A stretch of 64,000 nt of DNA from Mobula hypostoma (GCF_963921235.1 NC_086109.1:22818001-22882000), one strand, 5' to 3'. Counted from the first letter of the stretch, positions 48,863-60,589 are shown. Made by a program: numbers and translations. The notes: generated by a model not told the origin, from the letters alone.

Positions 48863-51485
48863 CATTTCTTAAATGATGGAAATCACGTAATTAATCAGTA
48901 AGCCAAAGTAAAAATGAAAACATTAGTTCACACTACAGACCTTAGTGGTGAAGCAATATAATATAAAACTTATATTTATGTACCAAGACTCATTGAACCC
49001 TTCTTGACAACCATCATCTGATATGTACTTCAAGGCAGATGATTAGAAGTGAATCATCTGGCTTTATGATATCTTACATTCATATACTATACACATATAC
49101 CTTGATTCCATTATACATACACACAATTTCCCTTTGTTTGTTGCCTCAGTTTAAGACACTAAATTTAAAATGAATTCATCAACAGCATGGAAACCACAAT
49201 GTGTGCAATTCAAATATTGGCAGAAAACATGTTTTGGTAATGATATAACTTCAACACTTGCCTTCAGATACCAACTGCCCTGTTGTACACGTACAAATTT
49301 GAGGTCCCTTCACAAGTACTATACTAGGCATGTCACATGGCCTTGAGATCACCAAGAACATCAAAGATTCTGACAAAAGTATTGCTGTATCTGAAAGATT
49401 TAACACCCACATACAGCAACTTTTGCTCAACAAAATTACTGTTCAATTTTACAGTGCACATTATTGTCATACCCAATGTGATTTTTATCATGCATGATAA
49501 AGGGTTACAATGTTATTACAGTCAAAAATTAAAATTATGCCAAGTGCAAGGAAAATTCACAGATAATACACAAAGCTCCATATGACATCCTGTAATTCAT
49601 ATGCCTGGTATGTTTAAAATACTGTGAAACAGTGACATCTAATGTCAGAAACCAGGTAGTGCAAAATAATTAATCTTCTTTTCAGAAAATCGATGTCCCT
49701 TCACAGAGCAACCTTCTCTAAATGAACTGGTTAAACATGCCAGAAGTGCTCAATCCAACTGTAGTGCAAACCACTGAATATTTCAACTTTAGCCTACAAT
49801 TTGATTTTGATTCACTGCATCACCAATGGTGACTTTAGCAAAAGTCCACTAACATTTAAAGTGAAATATTCAATAGAAATAGATGGTAGAGAAAAAAAAA
49901 ATTGCACCCAATAACAAGTTTTCATTTTTCAGGAATATTTTAGTCATTCAAGAGCATCATTGTTGGAAAAAAAAGAAAAATGATTTGACTTAGGGCACAT
50001 ATATCAAATACACTCAAGCTGCTCAGTTCAAAGGTTTGCATCATAAAGAAAACAATGAAGAACACTTCTGAGGAGGAATCAGATGTTAGGGCTTTCAAAC
50101 AAGTTCCCAAAAATGTATTCCTTACTGAACAAAGGAATTGCCGCCACTTTTCAGACCAGCAATTAGTAAAGTGAAATTGGGGCTAAATTGTGTCATAATA
50201 ATGGCTGAAGCTGTTTTGAGTTCATCACCACACTCACTCTCAGTACAAGGGTAATTTGAACCAGAAACAAGCAAGCAGTAGTCGATTAATCCAAATTCCA
50301 AATATATTAGCAGCACTTGAATGTTACATCTATTATAAAACTTGATAAAATTTTAGCATAAAATAATTTTGCGTAGCCACTGGCGTATTTGACCAGCTTA
50401 CATAAGATTTAAGCTGAACAATTTCGCCTCTGACATATTTAGCTACCTGTTATTCTACACAAACAACCTGAGGATTTCAGCCTTTAGCATCCCAGCAGAT
50501 AATGTAGTGGGAATATATTTGCAAAGCTATTTTATAGCTCACATCAGGTCATTCAGCCCTCAAATAAGGTAACCTCTATTAGATTCTTGATCTTACATTC
50601 TTTGCACTAAAATAAAAGATACAATTTAACTAGTTTCATTATAGTCATGGGTTCTACTATTAAAAATCTTGAAGATCCCAAAATACTTTAAAATTTACAA
50701 ATTCACGCCAATCAGCAACATTTGTTCAGCATGAAAATGTATAAAGATCCTACAATGTCACCCTAAAGATATTGCACACCTTACTACACAGAGACAAATA
50801 TTAGAACAATATTTCCAGAGTCTGTATTTAAGGATTCAATTATAGAACAAGAGAAAAAGACCAAGAATTTGGGGGGGCAGTGTCTCACATGATGCCTATA
50901 ATGAATACAACACAGAACCATTAGGTGGTGTAAACATAAAAATATTGACATAGACATCATTGCTTAAATAATACATCTTTGGATCATATTGATTATGATT
51001 TATACAGAAGTATTTCCATCATTGGTGCTAAAAGGATTTAGAAATATAAAAATAAATGTTTTAAAGCTATATATGCATTTTTAATGATTTTAAGTATCTT
51101 CTTCCTGCTTGGACAGTCCACTCATGACCGAGCTGGAGACAGCATGGCCATATGTTTACTCTCTGCCCTGCATTCACCAAACTACAGAACTCCAGACAAA
51201 GTCTGGCACCATCTGTAAAAAGGACGAATGACAGCCCACAGGAAGCAGGAATAGAGATTGGACAATGTTGAAAAAGAATCATTAATTTGTTGGTATAGAT
51301 GTGGACATGATTTGGAGGAGGTGAAGGAAAAAGGAATACTAAAAGGTTTCTTGTAGTCAGTTTTGCTCAGTATTTGCCCAAACCAATCATAGAATTAGCT
51401 CCAAGTTCATCTCTCAAGCCCATCCTTTCTGGACACATTATTGAGATTGTTGTGCTATGAGCACAATGTTGATGTTGATCCAACA

Positions 51486-51989
51486 TTAAATCACTATTTT
51501 CTTCTTGGACAAGTAACCATTATTGATCTGGTTCATAATAACGAGAGCTGGAATCAACGGAATAATTAAGCATGAGTACCACAAAATCACGTTAACCTGG
51601 GCTTTGAACCAATCAGAGCACAAGCCCAGCATTACTGTAGCCGTCCCCATCAGATAAGCCACTAGACCGCAGGTGGCATGGTAAAGTCGCAGCCTGGTCA
51701 CTGAGTAGGTATCGATCAACTTTGGAAACAAAAGGCAGAGGCCACACAACAACTGACCACAAACAGCAATCGCAGTCCCGGTTCCAAGAATGCTGTGCCA
51801 AGAGGTAAGGTGTGGGGACTCGGAGATGTTCTTGCTGGAAACAATGAAAATGAGGCCAATGGAACCAATGATCACAGCAAGGACTTGCATCATCCAGTGA
51901 AGTCGCACTTTGGCTTTAATTGAGCAACAAAAAAATGGGGAGCTGTCCACTGAGAAGGTCAGAATGGCTTCAGTCATACAAAAGCAGAC
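51486..51989 (-). CDS. CYB561D1: Cytochrome b561 family member D1, terminal coding exon
   Basis: Phase-0 acceptor TTTCATTTCAG|GTC; 167 codons VCFCMTEAIL..KVRLHW..PHLTSWHS..RLRLYHATCGLVAYLM..WFKAQV..PALVIMNQINNGYLSKKKIVI*; three heme-ligand His; resembles CYB561D1 more than D2; adjacent to AMIGO1. Confidence 0.92.
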   Translation of the reverse strand, partial: VCFCMTEAILTFSVDSSPFFCCSIKAKVRLHWMMQVLAVIIGSIGLIFIVSSKNISESPHLTSWHSILGTGTAIAVCGQLLCGLCLLFPKLIDTYSVTRLRLYHATCGLVAYLMGTATVMLGLCSDWFKAQVNVILWYSCLIIPLIPALVIMNQINNGYLSKKKIVI

Positions 51990-54900
51990 CTGAAATGAAA
52001 GCAAAGACAGACTACTTTAAAGAGGTTATTGGGGGAGGAAAAAAATTCAGGATTTGTTTCCTCCACAAAATTCTGCCTTCAAAGGACAGACAAAGATTAA
52101 ACTCAGCAACAAGCCTACTGAAGAACTGCTTCAAATATCGACTCATGAGGCACCTCACATGACTTGGGACTTCAGAAAAGAGGACTGCATGACTACCTTC
52201 AGAAAACAAATGAAATGCAGGCCATCAGTGGCAATGCTGATGATTACAGAATCATTTCAAAAAACAGAGACATTCTGTTAGGTAACTGGCAAATAATCAA
52301 CTGCACAAAAATAATTTATTATTACATCACCTTGAGCAGCATGGCAGATTAAAATTGCTTCCTCTTTATACTAGTGGCAGTTTTTGTATCTAGTCAAGTG
52401 GAGGCCCTGTCTACCATCTCAGCATGTGAAAGCTACAATGGCATTACTTCACAGAGTAGGGGAGCTTGCGTTTTTCAAGCAACATAGCTAAAATTAATTA
52501 TTTGATTGTGATCATATCTGCTGTTGGCAGAAATACAAGTTTCTTTGTTTTCTCCCCCTCCCTATCCAAGGATTAATGACTCCAAGGGCAACTCCCAAAT
52601 TAGACCAGAAAAGCAATGATCAGCAACTGAAGCCAGTGCCCTCTGTCTTTGTGAGTGGTGCAATAACCAGCTAAGCAATGGCTCAGAAACATTCTTGATC
52701 ATTTAATTGTGCAGAATATACAAACAGAATATATATATATAAAAATTCCGCAGTGCCAATAACAACTCCACAGAGAAAAGGGGAGAACTTAAGAGCTTTA
52801 TTTTCACTAAAGCACCTTGCACACAATTTGCTAATCTAAAACACGGAGTTTAATATATTTACTTCCTAACTTCAAAAAACATTTGACAAAACCAAAGCAA
52901 GTAACATTTTTATCCCGCTAGTTTGTAACTCTTCCGTGCTCTGCGTATCCCATTGGTAGCATCCCGTGTTCTGATTTTGTGTTTACACTGAGGAAGACCT
53001 ACATTGGCCAGAAGCAAAAAAACCTACAACTTTACAGAAGTATTGCATGTTTGACCACCTTCCAACAAAACTATTCCAGACAATTCATTTGAAGAGACGC
53101 GAAAACCCAAGTGTAGCTCTATTCTCAGCCAAGTTACTTCAGTCAGCCCTTCTTAAGGTGTCAACAATAGACACAAGTTTATTTATCACATGTACGTCAA
53201 AATACACAGGGCAATGCGTCATCTGCATTACTAACCAACACACCCAAAGGTGTGCTAGGGGCAGCCCACGAGTGTCACAACTCATTCCAGCACCAACACA
53301 GCATGCCCACATTTGCTTACAGAACAAAATATACATTAATAAAATAATAATTCTATTTTTATGTTATGTACATTACATACATTATATTGCATGTAATAAA
53401 TTACATTACAATATAATAAAATAGTAAAATATCTCAAATTGCTTTGACATTCGCAGGCCAATCAGCTTTTTAAAGCTGATACAATTTTAGGGTTATTCTT
53501 CTATATTTACGTTGGAAATTGTCTGTGATATGGGTTGGCGATGCGAATTGAAACACATCAAAGTTTCCTGCTAACTGCGGCAGTTGAGGTTTATAAACGC
53601 AGAAGAAAAAGTGGAGTTTATTATCAGAATAGTTAAAAGGAAGGAGAGAGAAATTAGGGATCTCTACTGATGCGTTAGCCTAATTTCAGTGGCAGGGAAA
53701 ATACAAAAATCCCAAAGGAAGAATGCAGTACTAAAACACTGAAAAGAAAGGATTCAACAGACCAACTCAAAGCTCCAAGTAACAATCCAACTGGATTCAT
53801 GAAAGCTTTAGTTTTTGTTAGCCTCAGCTGATTACTTTACCTGCTGTACTTCTGTGCCTTAAAAGGGAATGCAAATTTTGTGCAAAGTATACATTAATTC
53901 TTCGAATGGTAGCCATTGCTTATTTACTGTTAAAACTTTTAAAGTAATTTCCCAATCCATATACGCAACTCATACTGTTGTAATTGGCTTTAAGAAATTG
54001 ATTTTGAACTGAATTAATTTTCAATCTATATATTAAAAAAAATTAGATTACAGCAGGTTACAAGGAAATAGGTGAGTAAATGGGAATGGATTCAGGGCTA
54101 ATATTAACACAGTGGGTTGAATGCCTTCCTTTTATGCAGTGTGAAATATAATTACTCTTCCCTAAAGGGTGCTTACCAACCAGATGATTAATTAATACTT
54201 TTCATTGAACAATACCAGAGTTAAGATAGCTCATCCCCTTATTGAATCTTTAATATGTTAATTTAGTAACCCATCTTCCACACATGTGAATTCATTCACT
54301 GCACTATTACTGATAGCTTCATTTGATCAGTTTATATGTAGATTAAAATCGCCCTTGAACTATAGAATACTATAAACATACGAAGGAGCCATTTGCCTCA
54401 CTGAGGTTATGCTGGCTCTTTCAAAGGACAACCTCGATGGTTCTATATTCTTATTTCCATATCCTTGCAACTTTTTAAACTTTTACTCAATCCCTTTTAA
54501 ATACACTAACGAATTAAATTCATAAGATAACACTTATCATGTAATGTAATCCAAATCCTAACTATTCATTGTTTAACCGTTATTCCTTGTGTATATACTA
54601 GCTCTTTTTCAAGATTGTTTAATGTCATTTTCTGGACACATAAGTAAAGGAAAATGATGATATTGTAGAGCTCACCCAGTGCATCCTTGTCGTTTGCACT
54701 TGGTGGGGGGTTAGACATCAGTTGTGAACATAACAGGACACTCCGAGCTGGTAATGTGACTGGCATTTAATTGTAGAATATTTAATCGTCCCAGAACAGT
54801 GAGATGAGTTTGTCCACAGACCTCTGTTAATGAATACAGATTCCACCTCCTTTGAATTTCCCCAACAGGGAGTTCCTGACTGTGCAGAACAGAACCATCC

Positions 54901-55942
54901 CGTCAAATTGAAATGTTAGTCGAGCATGTTGTTGTTCAACAATTAAATAATCTTTAATTATTTAATTGATCTTGAATCTTCTTTGGAGTTTAAAAGAATG
55001 AGAGGTGATCTCACGGAAATATATAAACTCTTAGTGTTAGACAGTGTAGATCGATTGTTTATCAGGTCACAATGTCAAAACAAGGGGCTGGTCATTGAGG
55101 AGAGAAGTAATTATTTTGCCAGAAGGTAGTAATTTCTGGAACTCTTTGCCTAAGATGGCAGTGGACATTCAGTATGTGAGATATTAACAGATTGCTGCAT
55201 ATGAAGGAAATCAAAGTACATACAACAGGTTTAGAGCTGCTGTGATGTTAATAAATGAAGGAACGAGTAAAAGGAGCTGAATGTCCTTCTCTGGCTTCTA
55301 CCTGCCCTCCTTTTCTTGAAAGAGCAATTTAGTATTGTTCAAAAGGAATATACAAGCTGAACTAAACCCAAAACCAGCAATTCCAGTCTTCACAGCTCAT
55401 TAACTTTGATTTATTCCCTCTTTTCAAGATGAATTTTGTAATCTCAAGGGCATTGAATGTCACTGATTTGGGATTTATCTATCAGTGTGCTAGAATCCTA
55501 AGAATTGTTTGCATCATTAACTCTAGAACACACATCAAGTCATAAACTGGATCTTTCTCAGGTTGGCAGACTGAGACTGGTTTGGTGTCATACACACTGG
55601 TGCTTGATCCCAGCTATTCATAACTTACATCAATAATCTAACTAAGAAGTAAGGAGCTAGTGAGAGGTGAGATTGTACCTGAAGCGTTCTGTTCAGTTTT
55701 GGAATTCTTTACCCATAAAAAGGATATACTTGCCATAGAGAGAGTGCTGAAAGTACTGGGAACAGCAGGTTTTCCTATGAGAAGTAATTGTGCAGAGTCG
55801 GGGTACCAAGATGAGACGACATCAGTTTAAAATGAGAGGGGAAAGATTTAAAAGAAACAAGGGGCAATTTTTTTTAACATAAAGGGTGGTATCTATATGG
55901 AATCAGCTACCAGAATATGTTGAAGCAGGTGCTGTACAATAA

Positions 55943-56159
55943 ACGCAAACAACAGGAATTCTGCAGATGCTGGAAATTCAAGCAACATACATCAAAGCTG
56001 CTGGTGAACACAGCAGGCCAAGCAGCATCTATAGGAAGAGGCGCAGTCGACGTTTCAGGCCGAGACCCTTCGTCAGGGTCTCGGCCTAAAACGTCGACTG
56101 CGCCTCTTCCTATAGATGCTGCTTGGCCTGCTGCGTTCACCAGCAACTTTGATGTATGT
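55943..56159 (-). mobile_element. Young Penelope-like insertion: 3' terminal repeat plus 5' inversion (89-bp inverted repeat)
   Basis: 13-bp flanking direct repeat TGCTGTACAATAA (55930-55942, 56160-56172); arms 55981-56069 and 56075-56163, 86/89 complementary; CpGs retained. Confidence 0.88.
56044..56076 (-). ncRNA. Minimal hammerhead ribozyme core (Penelope-type), stem I 5' strand lost
   Basis: CUGACGA-AGG-GUCUCGG-CCU-GAAAC-GUC^GACUG with palindromic ACGU in place of stem III. Confidence 0.65.
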
Positions 56160-56964
56160 TGCTGTACAATAATTTTTTTTTTGGATAAATTGGACAAGTA
56201 TATGGATTGGAATGATTCTGAAAGTTATGGACCAAACACTAGCAAATGGGACTAGCTTGCATGGGCCATCTTGGTTAGCATGGACTAGTTGGGCCAAAGG
56301 GCCCATTTCCATGCTGTACAGCCATATGACTCTATGACCAGTCCTACATTATCAAGCTTGGAAGAATAAGAAACTCAATGAAATTCAAAGTTTACACAGC
56401 TTGAAAGGAGACATTTTTTTTCCCCCTGGATGAAGGATTGAGAAGCTGTGGTCACAGTCTCCAAACAAGGGATAGGCCATTTAGGATCGTAATGAGGAGA
56501 AACATCTCCAGGAATTCAACACTCGAAAGAGCTGTGGAGGCTTGGTCATTGAGTTCATTCATATCAGAGATTCCACAAGATGGTGCAGGAAAATAGTGTT
56601 GAAGTGGATCAACCACAATCTTGATGAATGGCAGTGAAGTTTTGAAGGACTAAATAGCCTTCACCTGCTCCTTGGTCTTATATTCTAAAGTAGATAAATT
56701 CTGGCATAGAGTAGTTCAGAGTACTCACCAAAAGAGAAAGCACATACTAAATTAAAACAAGTTCCATTAACTTAAAATTTTTAATGTCGACCTGCTATGA
56801 ATAGGTTGACTATATGTGTTTAGATGTCCCGAGGTGTACTATTATAAATTCAAAGTACAGTTCTATCATTAAGAGGTGGGAAGTTCAGAAAATATACTGT
56901 AGATGATCATCTGGAATCACAAATAACAACTTAAGTCAAATGTTTTTCAAAAATAAACACTTAC

Positions 56965-57002
56965 TGCTACAGCCATGCAGGCTGGGTGCCACGAGAAATG
57001 AC
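56965..57002 (-). CDS. CYB561D1: CYB561D1 internal 38-nt coding exon
   Basis: TCTTTTCCAG|GT CAT TTC TCG TGG CAC CCA GCC TGC ATG GCT GTA GCA|GTAAGT = (x)HFSWHPACMAVA with the first heme-ligand His (SWHP); phase 1 in, phase 0 out, joins in frame to 51989. Confidence 0.92.
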
Positions 57003-57076
57003 CTGGAAAAGACCAAATTTTCAGCTGATGAACATTCTGAGGAACGTATTGAGCACAACTAAGAATAATACTTTTA

Positions 57077-57550
57077 CAGTACTGTTGAAAAGTTTTAAGC
57101 ACATATATATAGCTAGGGTGTCGAAGACTTTTGCACAGTTCTGTATTTGTCAACGAGGAGCAGACAGCAGGTTTATAAATCTGGCAAGAGCAAAGGATGT
57201 TGAGAATGTTGAGGATGGAGACTGTGGGAGGGGTGTGGGAGGTGTTAGAGAAGGAGTGCCTGGGGCAAGGGATGGCACAAGGTCATTTAATTCCATACAA
57301 TTGGTTTATTGATCATTACAGAAGGGCTCTCTGGTTCTTCCCCTCCCCTCTCCCTTCCCCTTTTCCCAACTATGATTCCCTTCTCCCTGCTCCCTTCCCA
57401 CTCTCAGCCAATAGACCCATATCAGGATCAGGTTCATCATCACTCAAGTATATCATGAAATTTGTTTTATTTTTACAGTAGTACAGTGTAAAACAAAATT
57501 ACTACAGTACTGTGCAAAAGTGTTAGTCACCGTAGCACTATTTATATTAA
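57077..57550. mobile_element. Composite Tc1-type MITE: complete 67-bp MITE (57077-57143), cargo, inverted partial MITE (57505-57547)
   Basis: TA-CAGTACTGTTGAAAAGTTTTAAGCAC..GTGTCGAAGACTTTTGCACAGTTCTG-TA; second unit TA-CAGTACTGTGCAAAAGTGTTAGTCACCGTAGC. Confidence 0.65.
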
Positions 57551-57664
57551 GCACCTAACCCTCTCTGGGCCATTAGTACTGTCATTGTCAGTGTGAAGAC
57601 ATACTGATCTTTCAGTTCTGAAACACCACACTGAAGACAGCACAGGTTTTCAGGTACTAGAAAA

Positions 57665-59165
57665 CACAGGCCATGTGCTCTTGCATGGGCCCTAGCAATG
57701 TCCAACTTTTTGCTTGTTACTGTCCTTGTTCCAAACCTGTTCTGATGGCCCTTCCAACTCTTTCTTCATAATATCAAAGACTGCGATGGTTCTCTTACTT
57801 TTCTGGACCTGTCTCCATCTCAGGACAAACAAGCCATGGACATCCACTATAAATATATGAACTGCCATAGCTACCATCTATATCCCTGCTCAAACCTATC
57901 TCCTACAAGCGCACCATCCTCTTTTCTGTGCTGCATACTCTGGAGATGAGGCTTTCTGCTCTAGGACTTCTGCAATAACCTGGGAACATGACTCCCCCTC
58001 TGCTGTAGTTGATGAAATGATCAACAAATTTCCTCCATTTCTCAACCATCTGCTCTCAGACCCCAATCCCTTGCCCAGATGAAGAGTTCCTCTGGTCCTT
58101 GCCTTGCACCCCACCAGCCTCCACATCCAGTATATCACCCTTTGCCATTTCTACACATCTTCCCTCCTCACCACCTTTCTATGTTCCATTCTCTGGACGA
58201 CTTCCAGGACTACTCATCCCTCTCCATGCCCTTGCAATTTTGCCTGCAACCATACAAGGCACAACAGTTGCCCCTTCAACTCCTCCCTCACCACCATCCA
58301 GAGACCTGAACAGGCATTGATTCACAAGATTGTCCTCAAAACTGGCCTACTGCATTCGATGTTTGCAACGTGGCCTCCACAACAGCCATCTTGAGCTTCC
58401 AGTTGCATGTCACTTCAACTCAGTGGTGTAGCAGACAGCACAATCACTTTACAGCACCAGTGATCACTGACTGGGATGCAATTCCCACCACTCTGTAAGG
58501 AGTTTTTTTTTTACATTCTCCCCATGACGGTGTGGGTTCTTCCAGATGCTGCAGTTTGCTCCTACATTCCAAAGTAGTACATTTAAGGTTAGTAAGCAGC
58601 AGGCATGCAATGTTGGCACCAGAAGCGTGGCAACACTTGCAGGCTGCTCCCAGAACAATCCTTGTTAACTTGATTTAACACATTTTACTGTATCTTTCAA
58701 TGTTTCCAAGTACATGTGACAAATAAAACTTTTTCGCTTCTTCTCATTTATACACCAACCTGCCTTTCCGCAGCCTTCTCTTCAGCCATTCTGAAGTTAA
58801 GCATGTAACAAGAACACCATCTCATTATGTTTGGAAAGTTTACAACCCAATGATATAAACACTGAATTTTCCAATTTCATGAGACCTCTATGGTCCTTTC
58901 CGACTTTCACCAGTCTGTCCAGATTCTCTCCCTTTTACCTTTTCCATACCCTCCCCCTCCCCAGTCTGATTCTACATATCACCTACCAGCTTCTGTCCCA
59001 CCACCCCTACTGCACTCTTTTATATTAACCATCTTTCCTCTCCCCTCCCACTGCAGGGATTTCACCCAAAACATCAGCACATATCTTTCTGCCTCAGGTG
59101 CTGGGTTTTCCCAGCAGTTTACTATATTGATCAATTTTCAAGCATCTGTAGTGCCTTGTTTCTCC
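57665..59165 (+). mobile_element. Penelope-like element remnant (RT to GIY-YIG to 3' repeat), split by a SINE
   Basis: Remnants MGPSN, DIHYK, DEAFCSRT, RVPLVLALHPTSLHIQYI, CNHTRHNSCPFNSSLTTIQRPEQA, PVACHFN, SLQPNDINTEFSNF. Confidence 0.8.
58423..58735 (+). mobile_element. V-domain SINE, second subfamily
   Basis: GTGGTGTAGC head, V-domain remnant, GTACATGTGACAAATAAA tail. Confidence 0.75.
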
Positions 59166-59439
59166 CACCCTTTTACATTCTTTGAAGTTCTGGGTTGCCT
59201 GAGCCCAGCTTTATAAATGGGCAATTACATGTACACTCCCTTTCTTTTGAGTTAAGCAGAAAGCGGAAGTGTCACATTGCTTAATAAGCAAGTTCCTATG
59301 ATTTCGAATTGTTACAAGCTATACCAGACTCATGCTAGGATAAGGCACTACACTGTTTAGGCACAATCTCTTCAATCTTCTTGCATTGAGGAGGTGGGAG
59401 GAGAAGGAGGTGGTGGCAAAGGCAAAGGCAAAGGTGAGG

Positions 59440-59962
59440 CATGGTGGAGGCAAGAATGAGGGAAGTCCCCATGTCTGATCAATTTAAGTGCCAGGCCGAA
59501 TTTGAAAGATCAGGCACGGACTGAATCGTGGTGGCATGGTTCAGGCCCCAGTGCTGTCAGAGAGCAAGGAACAACCCGATGTGTGGCCAATTTAAGTGCC
59601 GGCCGGGCCAGATTGAGAAGTTCAGGGTGTCAGGACCGGAGGACAGGAATGGGCCAGTTCTACACGGTTCTAATCATTGCTCTACAATGTTTACTCAGCT
59701 CTGTGCTGCACTGGGGCTGTGGCCTGCTCCAGCTGCAGTGATGCCTGGCTTCGTGCCTTTCGCACAACTTCAGTTCTGAATGCTATTGGCTTACTTTTAT
59801 CGCTCGCATGATTTTATTTTTCTGTCTGCACACTGGGTGTTTGACAGTCTTTTTTGATGGGTTCTTTTGGGGTTTCTTTGTTTTGTGGCTGCCTGCAAGG
59901 AGAGGAATCTCAAGGTTGTATAATGTATACATACTTTGACAATAAGTGCACTTTGAACTCTT
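59440..59962 (+). mobile_element. Non-autonomous retroelement with (TTTGAAC)-type tail
   Basis: Internal repeat AATTTAAGTGCC twice; 3' end GTGGCTGCCTG..AATCTCAAGGTTGTATA..ACTTTGACAATAA..CTTTGAACT shared with 4897-5688. Confidence 0.6.
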
Positions 59963-60589
59963 CTGCTTTAAAGTACAGAGCACAAAGGGAAAAGGAAGAT
60001 TTGAATTGTTAACATGCTATATTAAGAGCTTTTTTTTTAAAGCAATCTTAAACACCTTTCACCTACCTTTTGGGTGCAGGGTGTTTCAAGTGGAGAGGAG
60101 TGTGGCTTGCACCTGAACTATCAGAAGGGGTACACAAGGAGAGATCGATGAGTACCAACATAACCAAAAGAGTATGAGATATGGGTGGTAGGAACAGTTA
60201 TACAAGTACATCAGAATGATGAAAGTCCTGTCAATATATTTCCAAGTTATGTGTGTAACAGTCAACTTTCAGCTGGTGGTGTCTGCACGCAATGCTATCC
60301 TTCTTGTGAGTAGAGATTACAGGAATGCTAAAAATGGACCATCTGCCTTCTCTGCTATTCAATATTATTTCTGATCTGTCCCAGACTTTAACTCCTCTTC
60401 TACACTAGCTCCACACAGGCTCTAATTCCAGTGACATAGTCACCATGGGTTTGAGAATTCTAGAGCCACAGTTCCCAAGGAGACATGGATTGTGTAGCAG
60501 GAGAGTGTTCGAAAGAAGTGAACGGGGGCAATCAGCACACTCTGTTCACCACAGGTCCCAAGGAGATGTGGATTGCACATAACTAGCCA

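Larger units (their letters stand above)
55540..56340 (+). mobile_element. CR1 LINE 3' fragments hosting the Penelope hairpin
   Basis: GTTCAGTTTTGG..AAAGGATATACTTGCCATAGAG; AGGGTGGT..ATGGAATCAGCTACCAGA..[insert]..TTGGACAAGTATATGGAT..GGGCCAAAGGGCC. Confidence 0.75.

Noticed and set aside
51990..52004. MLSFQ N-terminus of the 172-aa ORF as a start
   Set aside because: It is the intron pyrimidine tract and acceptor; the coding exon begins at 51989.
55907..56312. Overlapping ORFs on both strands with similar peptides
   Set aside because: Artefact of the inverted repeat.
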